Under the pieces are notes generated by a model. It was not told the origin of the DNA. It did no database searches and saw nothing but the letters and a program-made list of their open reading frames with translations. Of a stretch of 64,000 nt of DNA, positions 50,904 to 61,445 are shown in pieces. The translations under genes and the position numbers were made by a program. Position 1 is the stretch's first letter. Each line of letters opens with the position of its first letter. This DNA is from Pedobacter sp. (GTDB lineage Bacteria > Desulfobacterota > Desulfuromonadia > Desulfuromonadales > Syntrophotaleaceae), in assembly GCA_050253415.1 (NCBI GenBank), contig JBFWJC010000003.1, positions 160,001 to 224,000 of the forward strand, given 5' to 3'.

Positions 50904-52271
50904 GTGGCAAACCGGTTATGGGACAAGCTTCGTAATTTTTTGCTGCATGATTTATGGCATCTGGATACCCATGAACTGACTCGCCGCCGGCTTTTTTTAA
51001 TGCGCCAATTGCAGGTCGTGGCCATTGTCGTGCGCGGTTTTTTCTCCGACGGTTGCATGCTACGGGCTTCTGCCTTGACCTACGCCACCTTGTTATCTAT
51101 TGTGCCTTTGCTGGCCCTCATGTTTTCCCTTATCAAAGGGTTTGGCGGTCAGAATGTGCTTGAGCCGCTGCTTTTCAAGGTCTTTACCCATGGTTCCGAG
51201 GAGGTTATCGGGGCCATCCTCTCGTATATTGAAAACACCAATTTTCGCCGACTCGGTACCGTCGGTCTCGCCATTCTGGTCATCACAGTCCTTACGTTGC
51301 TGTCTAATATCGAAAAGAGCTTTAATCATATATGGGGCGTCAAGGAAACCCGGACCATGATCCGGCGTTTTTCCGATTATTTTTCCGTCGTACTGCTCAG
51401 CCCTTTACTTATGGTCGCTGCGCTTTCGCTGACTACCTCCCTGCGTAGCCAGTTGCTGGTACAGAAATTACTTGAGACGGCCTTTGTCGGAGAGGCATTG
51501 TTGCTGTTGTTCAACATCCTTCCGTATCTGGCGGTATGGGCGGCATTTACTTTTATGTATCTGTTCATGCCCAATACGCGTGTGCAATTTGCACCGGCTC
51601 TGGTTGGCGGTATTTTTGGCGGAACCTTGTGGCAACTGGCACAGTGGACCTATGTTAATTTTCAGGTCGGTGTATCCCGGTACAATGCCATCTACGGTAC
51701 CATGGCTGCCTTGCCGATCCTTATCGTCTGGTTGTATGTCTCATGGATGATTGTTCTGCTTGGGCTTGAGCTGACTTATGCCATGCAAAATGCCACCATT
51801 ATTCGAGAGGAATATGGTGAGGAACCGGTCAATTTCGCCAGCCGGGAGCGTGTGGCCATGACCGTGTTGCTGCTCTGCGCGGAATCCTTTTACTCTAACG
51901 TTGGCTCGTGGAACCATGCTCGGCTTTGCTCGGAGCTCAGATTGCCCCCGCGCCTGGTGCGTTCTGTTCTTAACGATCTGGTCAGGTTGGGTTTGCTGGC
52001 TAAGGTCCAGGAACCGGATCAGGAGGGAAATGTTTACCATCCTGGCAGTGCTCCGGAAGGGATCGAAGTCCACGCTGTTTTGCAGGCTCTTCGAGAGGAT
52101 GGGTCAACTCAACCCCGCAATTTCCGCATGCCGGGACGGGACATTGTTGCTGAGGTGGAAGCGACTCTTGATCACGCAGAACGCGAAGCTTTGGGCGGTT
52201 TGACTCTTCGGGATATGGTGTTTAAAAAAATGAAAATCGCAGATACCCAGGCCCTTGATCAGGACGGATAA
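50904..52271 (+). CDS. YihY/virulence factor BrkB family protein with C-terminal winged-HTH-like extension
   Basis: ASALTY.TLLSIVP, IE..FN.IW, PN.RV, IYG..AALP...W.Y.SW...LLG. Confidence 0.85.
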   Translation: MANRLWDKLRNFLLHDLWHLDTHELTRRRLFLMRQLQVVAIVVRGFFSDGCMLRASALTYATLLSIVPLLALMFSLIKGFGGQNVLEPLLFKVFTHGSEEVIGAILSYIENTNFRRLGTVGLAILVITVLTLLSNIEKSFNHIWGVKETRTMIRRFSDYFSVVLLSPLLMVAALSLTTSLRSQLLVQKLLETAFVGEALLLLFNILPYLAVWAAFTFMYLFMPNTRVQFAPALVGGIFGGTLWQLAQWTYVNFQVGVSRYNAIYGTMAALPILIVWLYVSWMIVLLGLELTYAMQNATIIREEYGEEPVNFASRERVAMTVLLLCAESFYSNVGSWNHARLCSELRLPPRLVRSVLNDLVRLGLLAKVQEPDQEGNVYHPGSAPEGIEVHAVLQALREDGSTQPRNFRMPGRDIVAEVEATLDHAEREALGGLTLRDMVFKKMKIADTQALDQDG

Positions 52272-52969
52272 AGGGTGAAGACACCATCCTCCAGAATGGC
52301 GTAAGAGGGCTTGTTACTCCATCCGCCAAGGGAGATAAGGGTGTTGCCGTTTTCATTGTGCTGTAGTGGCACATGGAAATGGCCGGTAATAACTGTATCG
52401 TAACCTTCGGAAAAGTAACCTCGGGCGTAGTTGAACAGGTCTTCACGAGGCAGGAGGTGACGGTCTCGTCCGCCGTTTTTACGGGAACTTTTGGCACTGG
52501 CCCAGCGAGCGACGCGCCACGCCGTGTCCGGCGGCACCAGCAGCATGAGACGACGCGTCCAGGAATGACGCAAAAAGCGTCTTAGCAACCGGTAACCTGT
52601 ATCCCGCGGATTGACAAGGTCGCCGTGGGCAATAAAGATCTTTCGCCCATCGCGTTCCAGCGCCCCGCCGTCCGGTAAAATACGGCAGTTCAGTGTTTCC
52701 CTGAAATAGGGGCCGACATGAAAATCGTGGTTTCCCTCGACAAAAACCAGTTCGGTACCCGCCGCCCGCAGGCGGCGCAGAGCGTTGAGCAAAGGGATGT
52801 AAGCTGTAAACACGGTATGGCGGTATCCAAGCCAAAACTCGAAAATATCGCCAAGCATGATCAGGCTGCGCAATTGTCCGCACTGCTGCTCAAGGAGTTC
52901 CAACAGTTGGCGATAACGGCTGTCATCAGGATCGAGAAGATGCGTATCGGCTATAAAAAGATCTTTCAT
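52259..52969 (-). CDS. lpxH: UDP-2,3-diacylglucosamine hydrolase
   Basis: FIADTH, GDIFEFW.G, GNHD, HGD, GH.H. Confidence 0.8.
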   Translation of the reverse strand: MKDLFIADTHLLDPDDSRYRQLLELLEQQCGQLRSLIMLGDIFEFWLGYRHTVFTAYIPLLNALRRLRAAGTELVFVEGNHDFHVGPYFRETLNCRILPDGGALERDGRKIFIAHGDLVNPRDTGYRLLRRFLRHSWTRRLMLLVPPDTAWRVARWASAKSSRKNGGRDRHLLPREDLFNYARGYFSEGYDTVITGHFHVPLQHNENGNTLISLGGWSNKPSYAILEDGVFTLYPS

Positions 52970-52981
52970 AGGACCCAACTG

Positions 52982-53006
52982 GTGTCCATCCGGAAATTTC
53001 GGATAG
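52982..53006. repeat. Degenerate copy of the 46454 palindrome
   Basis: GTGTCCATCCGGAAATTTCGGATAG versus GTGTCCATCCGAAATCTCGGGATGG. Confidence 0.6.
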
Positions 53007-53161
53007 GGTTATGTTCGTTTTATAAGGGAGCGATTCCTCATCCGCAAACTATGGAAAATTGATCGCTATTTCTGAAAAGGATCATGGCCGGATGGAAACC
53101 AACTATAGAAGCGGGACAAGGTAAAGTCAAGCTGTGCTGCTGTTGCGAAAGGGAGGTAGGG

Positions 53162-53974
53162 ATGCTGAATGTTTTGGGGGACATGCACCCCATTGTACAG
53201 GCTTTGGTGGCCACCTGTTTTACCTGGGGGGTGACTTCGCTCGGAGCTGGAGCCGTTTTCCTGGCACGCCAGCCCAGCCGCAAGACTCTCGATGGCATGC
53301 TCGGGTTTGCCGCCGGGGTCATGATTGCCGCCAGTTACTGGTCGTTGCTGGCGCCCGCTATTGAGATGTCCGAGGGGAAAGGTCTGCCTGCCTGGGTGCC
53401 ACCAGCCATCGGGTTTTTGCTCGGGGGATTTTTTCTGCGCGGACTCGATATGCTGTTGCCGCATTTGCATCGCGGCTTGCCTCGCAGCAAGGCCGAAGGG
53501 ATCGAAACCAGCTGGCCCCGCAGTACCCTTTTCGTGCTGGCGGTAACCTTGCATAATATTCCGGAGGGCCTTGCCGTGGGGGTCGCTTTTGGTGCCGTAG
53601 GGGCCGGATTGGATGCCTCCAGCATGACCGCCGCCGTAGCTCTAGCTCTGGGTATCGGATTACAGAATTTCCCCGAGGGCATGGCCGTCTCGATGCCCTT
53701 AAGGAGAGATGGATTATCGCCTTTTAAAAGTTTCTGGTATGGGCAACTTTCCGGCTTTGTCGAAGTTATCGCCGGTGTGGTGGGTGCCGCTACCGTTCTG
53801 TTGGCTCGCCCCATTCTTCCTTATGCTCTGGCGTTTGCTGCCGGGGCCATGATCTTTGTGGTTATCGAGGAGGTGGTGCCGGAGACGCAACAAGGCGAAT
53901 TCGGCGATTTTGCAACTTTGTGCGCCATGCTTGGTTTTGTCGTCATGATGAGTCTGGATGTCGGGTTGGGATAG
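53162..53974 (+). CDS. ZIP-family metal transporter (GufA/ZupT-like)
   Basis: [45 protein letters not shown]. Confidence 0.92.
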   Translation: MLNVLGDMHPIVQALVATCFTWGVTSLGAGAVFLARQPSRKTLDGMLGFAAGVMIAASYWSLLAPAIEMSEGKGLPAWVPPAIGFLLGGFFLRGLDMLLPHLHRGLPRSKAEGIETSWPRSTLFVLAVTLHNIPEGLAVGVAFGAVGAGLDASSMTAAVALALGIGLQNFPEGMAVSMPLRRDGLSPFKSFWYGQLSGFVEVIAGVVGAATVLLARPILPYALAFAAGAMIFVVIEEVVPETQQGEFGDFATLCAMLGFVVMMSLDVGLG

Positions 53975-54178
53975 GAGCGATTGCTTTGTGAAGGTAAAGG
54001 GCCAAGACCGGAAGTCTGCCAAACGCAACATCGGTAGGTAATGCTTTCCGCATCAAAATCGCTATTGGCTATCCCGATTCTATCCTTCCGGTTGACTTTA
54101 GTGGTTTTTATCCGCATCTCATGTTGGTTCGATTGTGATAATTTTTCATAACTTTTCGTATGATATTTTGTTTGCTGG

Positions 54179-55504
54179 TTGATGGATTTTAGTTTCAGGA
54201 GGATAACCGTGTACTGTAATAAATTACGACTTGCCGCCCGGTGTTTTGCAGGCAGCATCTTATTGCCCATGATGATGGCAACTTTTTGCCTGGCGACCGA
54301 TTACCGTACCCCGAGGGCGGGGGAAAGCTACACCACGGAGGTGTTCGGGCAGTCGGCCACCGCACCATCTCGTGATCGTTGTTCCGTAACGGCATTGAAT
54401 CTCGGGCTGCAATGGTTGCCTTATGCACCCAGTGATTATGAACTTCAGCCCTTTGGGGCCTATTTTTTGTGGCGTAACAAAGATAACGGCCGTCAGAGAC
54501 TTCGCGCGGTATTGGTCGGCGTGTACAACGAAGTTCGTTACAATGTAACCCCGTCATGGTTGGGTAAAACCGAACTTGTCATGACTTTTGATAACATGAC
54601 GATCCCGTTCGCACGCCAGGAATTCGTCGAGGGCGCGCAAATCGATCAGGAAGAACTGGAGTGGCATCGCGCACACCTCGGATTCGGGCTGGGCTGGCGC
54701 ACACCGCTGGCTCCCGGACACCAGGATAATGCTCTGGAGGTCGCTCTGACTTATGAACCAGGCGTGTTGCTGTTCAGTGAGGGTAGCGATACCGTCGATG
54801 GCTTTCAACAACCGCGCGATACCTATGAAGGACGGGTTCATATTCGTATGCGTGCCGATGCCTTGGAACGCAACATCATGGAACTTCCTCATGAGGGATG
54901 GGCGGCCGGGTTCGACGGGTTGTATGGGCATCGTGCCAATTGGGACGATTGGGGTGGCGGACCGGTTTTTGGAATGCAGGACGGCGAAGAGCACCGTACC
55001 TGGTCTGCGGCAAAGTTCTTTGCCCTGGCGGCTCTACCCATGCCGTTGGTTGATAAAGAGCGCAACCGTGTGATCGCTTCATTGTATGGTGGCATTGGCG
55101 AAAATTTAGATCGCTTCAGCGCATTTCGCCTCGGTGGTGAGCCAACCGGAGGTGAGTGGGAAGCGCTATCGCGTCCCACCCTCATGGGCGCTATATTTGA
55201 CGAATTTTATAGTCGCAGCTATGCTGTCGCAAATTTGGAATACCGCCATGAATTACTGTTTTTCTGTTATCTCCATTTGCGCGGTCAACTTGCAGTAGTG
55301 GATCGACCTCGAGTGAAAAACGGACAACTCGACTGGGAGATGGACACCCTTCCGGCGGTCGGTGCCGCTGTAACCTGCGGTGCCCCCTGGAACTCCCAGG
55401 TTGAAATCGGTTATAGCTATAATTTCGGACTGTTGCGTGATCAGGGGGATGGCAGTGAGTTCGGAGGCTCTGCCTTGACGCTGGCCTGGTCCAAAGAGTT
55501 TTGA
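54179..55504 (+). CDS. Hypothetical protein, probable outer-membrane beta-barrel (start uncertain)
   Basis: Alternating aromatic/Gly strands, N-terminal hydrophobic segment, C-terminal LTLAWSKEF ending in Phe. Confidence 0.55.
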   Translation: MMDFSFRRITVYCNKLRLAARCFAGSILLPMMMATFCLATDYRTPRAGESYTTEVFGQSATAPSRDRCSVTALNLGLQWLPYAPSDYELQPFGAYFLWRNKDNGRQRLRAVLVGVYNEVRYNVTPSWLGKTELVMTFDNMTIPFARQEFVEGAQIDQEELEWHRAHLGFGLGWRTPLAPGHQDNALEVALTYEPGVLLFSEGSDTVDGFQQPRDTYEGRVHIRMRADALERNIMELPHEGWAAGFDGLYGHRANWDDWGGGPVFGMQDGEEHRTWSAAKFFALAALPMPLVDKERNRVIASLYGGIGENLDRFSAFRLGGEPTGGEWEALSRPTLMGAIFDEFYSRSYAVANLEYRHELLFFCYLHLRGQLAVVDRPRVKNGQLDWEMDTLPAVGAAVTCGAPWNSQVEIGYSYNFGLLRDQGDGSEFGGSALTLAWSKEF

Positions 55505-55523
55505 CGAAGATTTTTCTTGTCTG

Positions 55524-55554
55524 CACCCCGGTTTGCCACCGGGGTGTTTTTTTT
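55524..55554 (+). terminator. Intrinsic terminator
   Basis: CACCCCGG-TTTGCCA-CCGGGGTG followed by T8. Confidence 0.88.
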
Positions 55555-55993
55555 ATTTTAGCTCCTTCTTTGGCTTTCCTCGATAAAAAGGTATTGAAAG
55601 CAACGACGATTTATGTGAGGCTTCGTTATAACCGGTGCTACATATCGAGGCTGTAACTTCCGATGTGTCTGACACATGCCCGTGTTGCGGAAGATTTCCT
55701 TTTTGCATGCATGGTGGAAGCAAAGCGTTGTTGCACCTTACCCACTTGGCCGCTGCAGAGACATGAACGTTGCTCATGGCTGCTTGCAGCGGCACTTTTT
55801 TGAAATTCAAAAAGAGTATTCCTGAATTGAAGAACTCCGATATTTATTACCTCAGGCAATGTGGCGCGGCTTACTGGTCGTAAAAAACATTTAAGTTGCT
55901 GACTTGTACTGGTGGTATTTATTTAGAAAAACGTTTACGCAGCGGCGGGTACGGAGCGAATCCGAGTAGTCCATTTATAACCAAGGAGGATGT

Positions 55994-56746
55994 ATGACTT
56001 TGAAGATTCAAAGAAAACTTCTGGATATCCTGGTTTCGAAGGCGACCGACCTTGAAGTTGAAGAAGTTCGTATCGGATTGGGTTACTCGGCAGTTAAACT
56101 TAACAACGGGCAAGCCGGTCTTGCCTGGACTCCATCCAACAAAGGTAGCGGTTGCACACACCTCCACGCGGCGGGAACACTAAGCGGAAAGCCAGCAGGC
56201 GAACTGTTGTCAGGTCTGGTCGAGGATAATGCCCTGCTGAGGGCGCTTGGCGTTGCGACTGCCAATGCCTTGGTTTCAAGTCCCACACCAGGAGCCTTTA
56301 CCGGCAACGCTCTGGCCCCATTGGGCATTACCTCCAAGGATCATGTTGCCATGGTCGGATATTTTGGGCCCCTCGTCAGGGAGTTGAACCAGGGCGGGTG
56401 TCGATTGGATATCATTGAGTTGGATTCAACGCGACCCGGTGTCCTGACTCCGCAAGAAGGTAAGGTGGCTCTTGCCAACTGCGATGTGGCAATCCTTACT
56501 GGAACCAGCCTGATTACCGGCACCCTGGATGATTTATTTGTTTCTTTGGGAAATCCACGGGGGGTTGTGTTGCTCGGGCCATCCGCACCGTTGTGTCCGG
56601 AGGTTTTTGCCGATACCCCTCTGACGCAGATATCGGGCGCACGCGTGCTTGATTGCGATAGTGTATTTCGAGTAATCTCCGAAGGTGGCGGCACCCCCCT
56701 GTTGAAACACCATGTGGCCTTTGAGACCCTATTTTTGAATCGTTAG
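55994..56746 (+). CDS. DUF364 / putative heavy-metal chelation Rossmann-like protein
   Basis: IGLGY.AV, G.A, LG.AT.NA, V.MVG.F.P, TG.SL..GTLD.L, LGPS.P. Confidence 0.75.
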   Translation: MTLKIQRKLLDILVSKATDLEVEEVRIGLGYSAVKLNNGQAGLAWTPSNKGSGCTHLHAAGTLSGKPAGELLSGLVEDNALLRALGVATANALVSSPTPGAFTGNALAPLGITSKDHVAMVGYFGPLVRELNQGGCRLDIIELDSTRPGVLTPQEGKVALANCDVAILTGTSLITGTLDDLFVSLGNPRGVVLLGPSAPLCPEVFADTPLTQISGARVLDCDSVFRVISEGGGTPLLKHHVAFETLFLNR

Positions 56747-56906
56747 GGTCTCGTCTGCTATCAGCCCTATTTTCTGTCTGTACGCTTCCCTGGATAAAAT
56801 ACCATTTTTTGTTGGAATGAGAATCTTTCTAGAGCATCTCGGAAAGGTTTTGGTATTATTGCTAATAAAGGCATTTGTAACTCAAGGCGCCAGCGAGAGG
56901 GGTTGT

Positions 56907-57554
56907 ATGGGCTTTAGTGAACCTGTAAAGGAGCAGCTTGGTCTGTTTGGAGCTGTGGTCGACAATTTGGCTATCATGGTTGAGATGGCGCGTAGCGCTT
57001 TCAATCATCAGTGCCGGCAAATGTTGGCCGAAGTGGAACATCACAAGGTGATCGTCGAGGAAGAGATTGCCCTTGCTACGGAGCGGATTGATAATCTGCT
57101 AGGTCACGTTAACGGGAAGGACCAGGTCAAGGCGATCAAGCTGCACAGTATCCTGTCGCATTTGCAGATTGTGACCGAAACGCTCAGCGAGTTGGCACAT
57201 CCGCTACGACGGCAAATCAGTGACGGTATACCTTTTTCGCCGAAGGCTTGCACTCAGATCAACGATTTGTTCAAAGGTCATCTTGAGATACTGCGTGCCC
57301 TGGCGGATATTCTGAAAACCGACAACGAGGTTCTTAAAACTTACATCAGTGAAGATAAGGGACCGCAGTTGTGCCGACTCTGCATTGAGTTCGCTACGGA
57401 TCACGAAGCGCGTCTTATAGAGGGGCTCTGTACTCCCCATGCAGCACCTCTCTATCTCGGGATTCTGGATTGCCTGCGGATCATGGCTCAGCACGAGATT
57501 TCCGTGGCGCAGCTATTACAGGAAGTTTCCCAGTTAGCAGGTGACACTCTATGA
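56907..57554 (+). CDS. PhoU-like helical protein
   Basis: Two helical repeats; HEARL.EG.C.P.A..LY..ILD resembles the C-terminal PhoU domain of Na/Pi cotransporters. Confidence 0.6.
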   Translation: MGFSEPVKEQLGLFGAVVDNLAIMVEMARSAFNHQCRQMLAEVEHHKVIVEEEIALATERIDNLLGHVNGKDQVKAIKLHSILSHLQIVTETLSELAHPLRRQISDGIPFSPKACTQINDLFKGHLEILRALADILKTDNEVLKTYISEDKGPQLCRLCIEFATDHEARLIEGLCTPHAAPLYLGILDCLRIMAQHEISVAQLLQEVSQLAGDTL

Positions 57555-57585
57555 TGCGGGGTTGTGCAATCGCTGTCATGTTTTG

Positions 57586-57629
57586 AAAAAAATGGCCGGA
57601 CAATCATGATATTGTCCGGCCATTTTTTT
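57586..57629. terminator. Bidirectional intrinsic terminator
   Basis: A7-TGGCCGGACAAT...ATTGTCCGGCCA-T7 between convergent genes. Confidence 0.9.
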
Positions 57630-57684
57630 CATGTCGATTTAAAATGGAACCCTTTGCGGAAAGCTAAGCCGGGTTCGTGGATTA

Positions 57685-58587
57685 TCAAGGCTTGGACTCC
57701 GGCGTTTCCATAGGAACCAGAACAATCTGGATACGACGATTCTGCGCTCTTCCGCTGCTTGTAGAATTTTTGGCGATGGGCTGGTAAGGACCGAAACCGC
57801 AGATGGATAAGCGTTCTCCAGGGATGTCCAGACTGTCCTGTAGGAAATGCACCACACTGCCGGCGCGGGCTGCCGATAACTCCCAGTTGGAAGGGTAGGT
57901 GTCCTTGAGTCGCGGACTGATCGGTATATTATCGGTATGACCTTCAACCCGGATGTTTTTGCCAGTGGCATCCTTAAGGATTGTACCTATGCGTTTGAGG
58001 ATATTGAGGCCGGCCGGTTTGATCTCAGCTTTGCCTGAATCGAACAAGATCTTTTCCACCATATTTACGGTGAGGCGGCCCTGTAATTCGGAAATGGTGA
58101 CATCTCCGCGTTTAATTTCGGTTTCCAGTTTACCGACCAGATCGTCGTAGGTTGTTTTTAACTGTGCGATACGCGCCTGACGTGCCAGTTGCTCCTGTTC
58201 CAGTTGCGCAGTGAGTTGGCGTTTTTCCTCTTCGAGTCGGTCAATGGCCTGTCGCAGATCGGTCATGGCTATGCCCGCCTCGTTGCTGCGGTCGGCCAGA
58301 ATCTTTTCCAGACGCTCAATGTCGGCCTTGGCGCGCAGGTTGTCCTGACGCAGGGCGGCCGAAGTGGCACGGGTGTCTTCCATTTGCTGCGCAATTTCGT
58401 CGTAACGAAGCGCCAGTTGTTTTTGTTGTTCGATGAGCTTGGCATAGTCCTGTTCAAGATTGCGACTCAGAGCTGCATAATGGTCCGCTTCGTCGGATTT
58501 ACGTTGGAAAGCGGACTGGCTGACGCAACCGGTGGTCAGAAAAGCTAGCGCCAGACCGGTTGCAACGAGCTGAAGAATCATTCGCAC
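57685..58587 (-). CDS. OmpA/MotB-family peptidoglycan-binding lipoprotein with coiled coil
   Basis: Lipobox TTGC, coiled coil, LFDSG.A, VEGHTD, NWELS.ARA, NRR; AGGAGG before GTG. Confidence 0.85.
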   Translation of the reverse strand: MRMILQLVATGLALAFLTTGCVSQSAFQRKSDEADHYAALSRNLEQDYAKLIEQQKQLALRYDEIAQQMEDTRATSAALRQDNLRAKADIERLEKILADRSNEAGIAMTDLRQAIDRLEEEKRQLTAQLEQEQLARQARIAQLKTTYDDLVGKLETEIKRGDVTISELQGRLTVNMVEKILFDSGKAEIKPAGLNILKRIGTILKDATGKNIRVEGHTDNIPISPRLKDTYPSNWELSAARAGSVVHFLQDSLDIPGERLSICGFGPYQPIAKNSTSSGRAQNRRIQIVLVPMETPESKP

Positions 58588-58794
58588 GGTGTTTCCTCCT
58601 GAGAAGGCTGTTGTGGGGCAGTTCAAATCGGGCCGAAAAATTTATCCATTGTTAAACGGAACACCCCCGGTTTGTAAAGGCTAAAGAACATGGAAATAGG
58701 GCTTTATGGGTTGCGGGGCCTTCTGAGACCATGATATATAAAAGCGTGATGTTATTGATGTAAAATTGTTTTAAATCCGCTTATGGAGACATGC

Positions 58795-59619
58795 ATGTTT
58801 GAGATAGATCGTATTATCCGGACCGCTCTGCAGGAAGATATCGGGCTCGGGGATATAACCACTCAGGCAACGATTGCACCGGGCACCATGGCCCGGGCAG
58901 AGCTGGTTGCCAAACAAGACTTTGTACTGGCCGGCATCGATGTGGCCCGCCAGGTTTTCAACTTGTTGGATCCTTCCGTAGCTTTTGAAAAATTGCGCGA
59001 AGATGGATGGCATGTGCAGCGCGGGGATGTCCTTGCATGGATCAAGGGGGAGGCTTCCGTTTTGCTGCAGGGAGAGCGTGTGGCGCTGAATCTGATGCAG
59101 CGTATGAGCGGCGTCGCGACCCATGCGGCCGCGTTTGTAAAAGAGTTGGAAGGCACGGGCGCAGCGGTTGTTGATACCCGCAAAACCACTCCGGGGCTGC
59201 GGGTGCTGGAAAAATATGCTGTCAGAATCGGCGGTGGACGGAACCATCGTACCTCCCTTTACGATGGTGTTCTCATCAAAGAAAATCATGTGGCTGCTGC
59301 CGGTGGTATAGCCGTAGCGGTAGCCCGGGCTCGCGAAACAGCGCCCCATACCCTGCGAATCGAAGTGGAAACACGCAATCTGACCGAAGTCGAGGAGGCT
59401 CTGGCGGCCGGTGCGGATGTCATTATGCTCGACAACATGGATCTTGAAATGTTGCGTCAGGCGGTGAGTCTCGTAGATGGGCGCGCCATTACCGAAGCCT
59501 CGGGTGGTGTCACCCTTGAAACGGTGCGTGGTATTGCTGAAACCGGGGTTGATCTTATTTCTGTCGGCGCGTTGACCCATTCCAGTCCGGCGGTTGATAT
59601 CTCCATGCTCTTTCAATAA
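58795..59619 (+). CDS. nadC: Nicotinate-nucleotide pyrophosphorylase (carboxylating)
   Basis: ED...GDITT, ER.ALN, DTRKTTPG, IKENH, EVE, IMLDN, EASGG, ISVGALTHS. Confidence 0.96.
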   Translation: MFEIDRIIRTALQEDIGLGDITTQATIAPGTMARAELVAKQDFVLAGIDVARQVFNLLDPSVAFEKLREDGWHVQRGDVLAWIKGEASVLLQGERVALNLMQRMSGVATHAAAFVKELEGTGAAVVDTRKTTPGLRVLEKYAVRIGGGRNHRTSLYDGVLIKENHVAAAGGIAVAVARARETAPHTLRIEVETRNLTEVEEALAAGADVIMLDNMDLEMLRQAVSLVDGRAITEASGGVTLETVRGIAETGVDLISVGALTHSSPAVDISMLFQ

Positions 59620-59628
59620 CGGGGTACC

Positions 59629-60612
59629 ATGCCTGTGCAAGACGCACGCACAACCATACTTGCTCTGTTTCGCACTGCCGGTGACGGATTCGTATCCGGG
59701 GGCCAGATCAGCCGTGCTCTCGGGGTTTCGCGAACCGCCGTGTGGAAAAAAATCGAACAGTTAAGGTTATTGGGGTATGCCATCGAAGCGGTGCCTTCAA
59801 AAGGCTATCGTTTGCAGGTGACCCCCGATCTGTTGCTGCCTGAAGAGGTGAAGGCAGATCTCAATACCGAGCTCATCGGTCGCGAGGTGATATATTGTTC
59901 AGAAACCGATTCGACCAATCTGCGTGCTCATGAACTCGGTAAAGCCGGTGCGGTAGAAGGTACCGTGGTGCTGGCTGACAGCCAGACGGCCGGCAAGGGA
60001 CGTCTGGGACGCAAGTGGTGTTCGCCGCCGGGAGTCAATGTGTATGCTTCGGTGCTGGTTCGGCCGCCGGTGGCGCCCCGATATGCCAGTCAGTTAACCT
60101 TTTTGTCGGCGGCTGCGGTAGCGCGTGCCGTGGCTGAAATCGGAGGGCTGCCGGTGACGGTCAAATGGCCCAACGATGTGCTGGTGGGTGGTCGCAAGGT
60201 GGCTGGTCTTCTGAATGAACTGGACGCCGAAACCGAGCGCATTCACTATCTGGTTTTAGGGATCGGGGTTAATATCAACATGCAATCCGATCAATTTCCC
60301 GAAGGCTTGCGTTATCCTGCGACCTCCATGATGCTGGAATGCGGCCAAACGATATCGCGTCGGGATTTTACCCGCAGCCTGCTACGTCATCTGGACAGTC
60401 TTTACGCTCTTTACCTTGCGCAAGGTTTCGAGCCGGTGCTGGATGCCTGGCAGGAGTATTTCGATCTGAGTGGACGGATGGTCGAAGTCGATTACCAGGA
60501 CCGCAAGGTGGTTGGTTGTGTGAAGGGTCTTGGCGGTGATGGCGCTCTGCTGCTGGAATTGACCGATGGATCTTCGGAGCGTGTTCTGGCCGGTGACGTA
60601 AGGCCACTGTAA
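59629..60612 (+). CDS. birA: Bifunctional biotin ligase / repressor
   Basis: HTH GVSRTAVWK, DSTN, QTAGKGRLGR.W, KWPND, KVAG. Confidence 0.95.
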   Translation: MPVQDARTTILALFRTAGDGFVSGGQISRALGVSRTAVWKKIEQLRLLGYAIEAVPSKGYRLQVTPDLLLPEEVKADLNTELIGREVIYCSETDSTNLRAHELGKAGAVEGTVVLADSQTAGKGRLGRKWCSPPGVNVYASVLVRPPVAPRYASQLTFLSAAAVARAVAEIGGLPVTVKWPNDVLVGGRKVAGLLNELDAETERIHYLVLGIGVNINMQSDQFPEGLRYPATSMMLECGQTISRRDFTRSLLRHLDSLYALYLAQGFEPVLDAWQEYFDLSGRMVEVDYQDRKVVGCVKGLGGDGALLLELTDGSSERVLAGDVRPL

Positions 60613-60677
60613 TGGATATTGTTTCGGTATCCCCGTACGGATACCGGTGAAAAAATCGTAAATTCCAAAGGAAGACT

Positions 60678-61445
60678 ATGCTGCTGGTTATAGATGTCGG
60701 CAATACCAACACCGTGGTAGGGCTTTATGAAGGGCAGACGTTGGCTCACAATTGGCGGATTACCACCGACAAGGGTCGGACCGGTGATGAATATGCCATG
60801 CTGTTGCACGAATTATTGCGTCTCGCCAACGTTTCTTTTGATCGCATTGAAGATGTCATTGTTTCCAGCGTCGTTCCGCCGACACTGCAGGCCATTGAAA
60901 CGCTTTGCAGCAAATACGTCGGTCGCCTGCCCTATGTGGTAGGTCCCGGTATCAAGACCGGTATGCCGATCCTTTACGAAAATCCAAGGGAAGTTGGAGC
61001 CGATCGCATTGTCAATGCCGTAGCCGCTTTTGCCCGGTGGCAGCGTAGCCTGATCGTCGTCGACTTCGGTACCGCCACAACCTTTGATTATGTTACCGCC
61101 AAAGGCCAGTACCAAGGCGGCGCCATAGCTCCCGGACTTAAGATCAGTGCCGATGCGTTGTTCGAAAAAGCCAGTAAATTACCGCGGGTGGAAGTTTCCA
61201 AACCTCCTTTCGTGGTGGCTAAAAATACCGTCAACAGTATTCAGTCCGGACTCTTTTTCGGTTATGTCGGTTTGGTCGACGGTATCGTCGAGCGCATGAA
61301 AAAAGAGACCCGCGACGATCCTCTGGTCGTCGCCACCGGCGGCTTGGCCACCCTGATAGCCAATGAAACTCAAACCATAAACGAGGTGGATCCCGACCTT
61401 ACTCTGGAAGGTTTACGTATTCTGTATTTGCGCAACAAAGGGTAA
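60678..61445 (+). CDS. coaX: Type III pantothenate kinase
   Basis: [35 protein letters not shown]. Confidence 0.95.
   Translation: MLLVIDVGNTNTVVGLYEGQTLAHNWRITTDKGRTGDEYAMLLHELLRLANVSFDRIEDVIVSSVVPPTLQAIETLCSKYVGRLPYVVGPGIKTGMPILYENPREVGADRIVNAVAAFARWQRSLIVVDFGTATTFDYVTAKGQYQGGAIAPGLKISADALFEKASKLPRVEVSKPPFVVAKNTVNSIQSGLFFGYVGLVDGIVERMKKETRDDPLVVATGGLATLIANETQTINEVDPDLTLEGLRILYLRNKG

Noticed and set aside
55553..55859. Short minus-strand ORFs (85 and 73 aa) in the barrel-DUF364 spacer
   Set aside because: No RBS or recognisable motif
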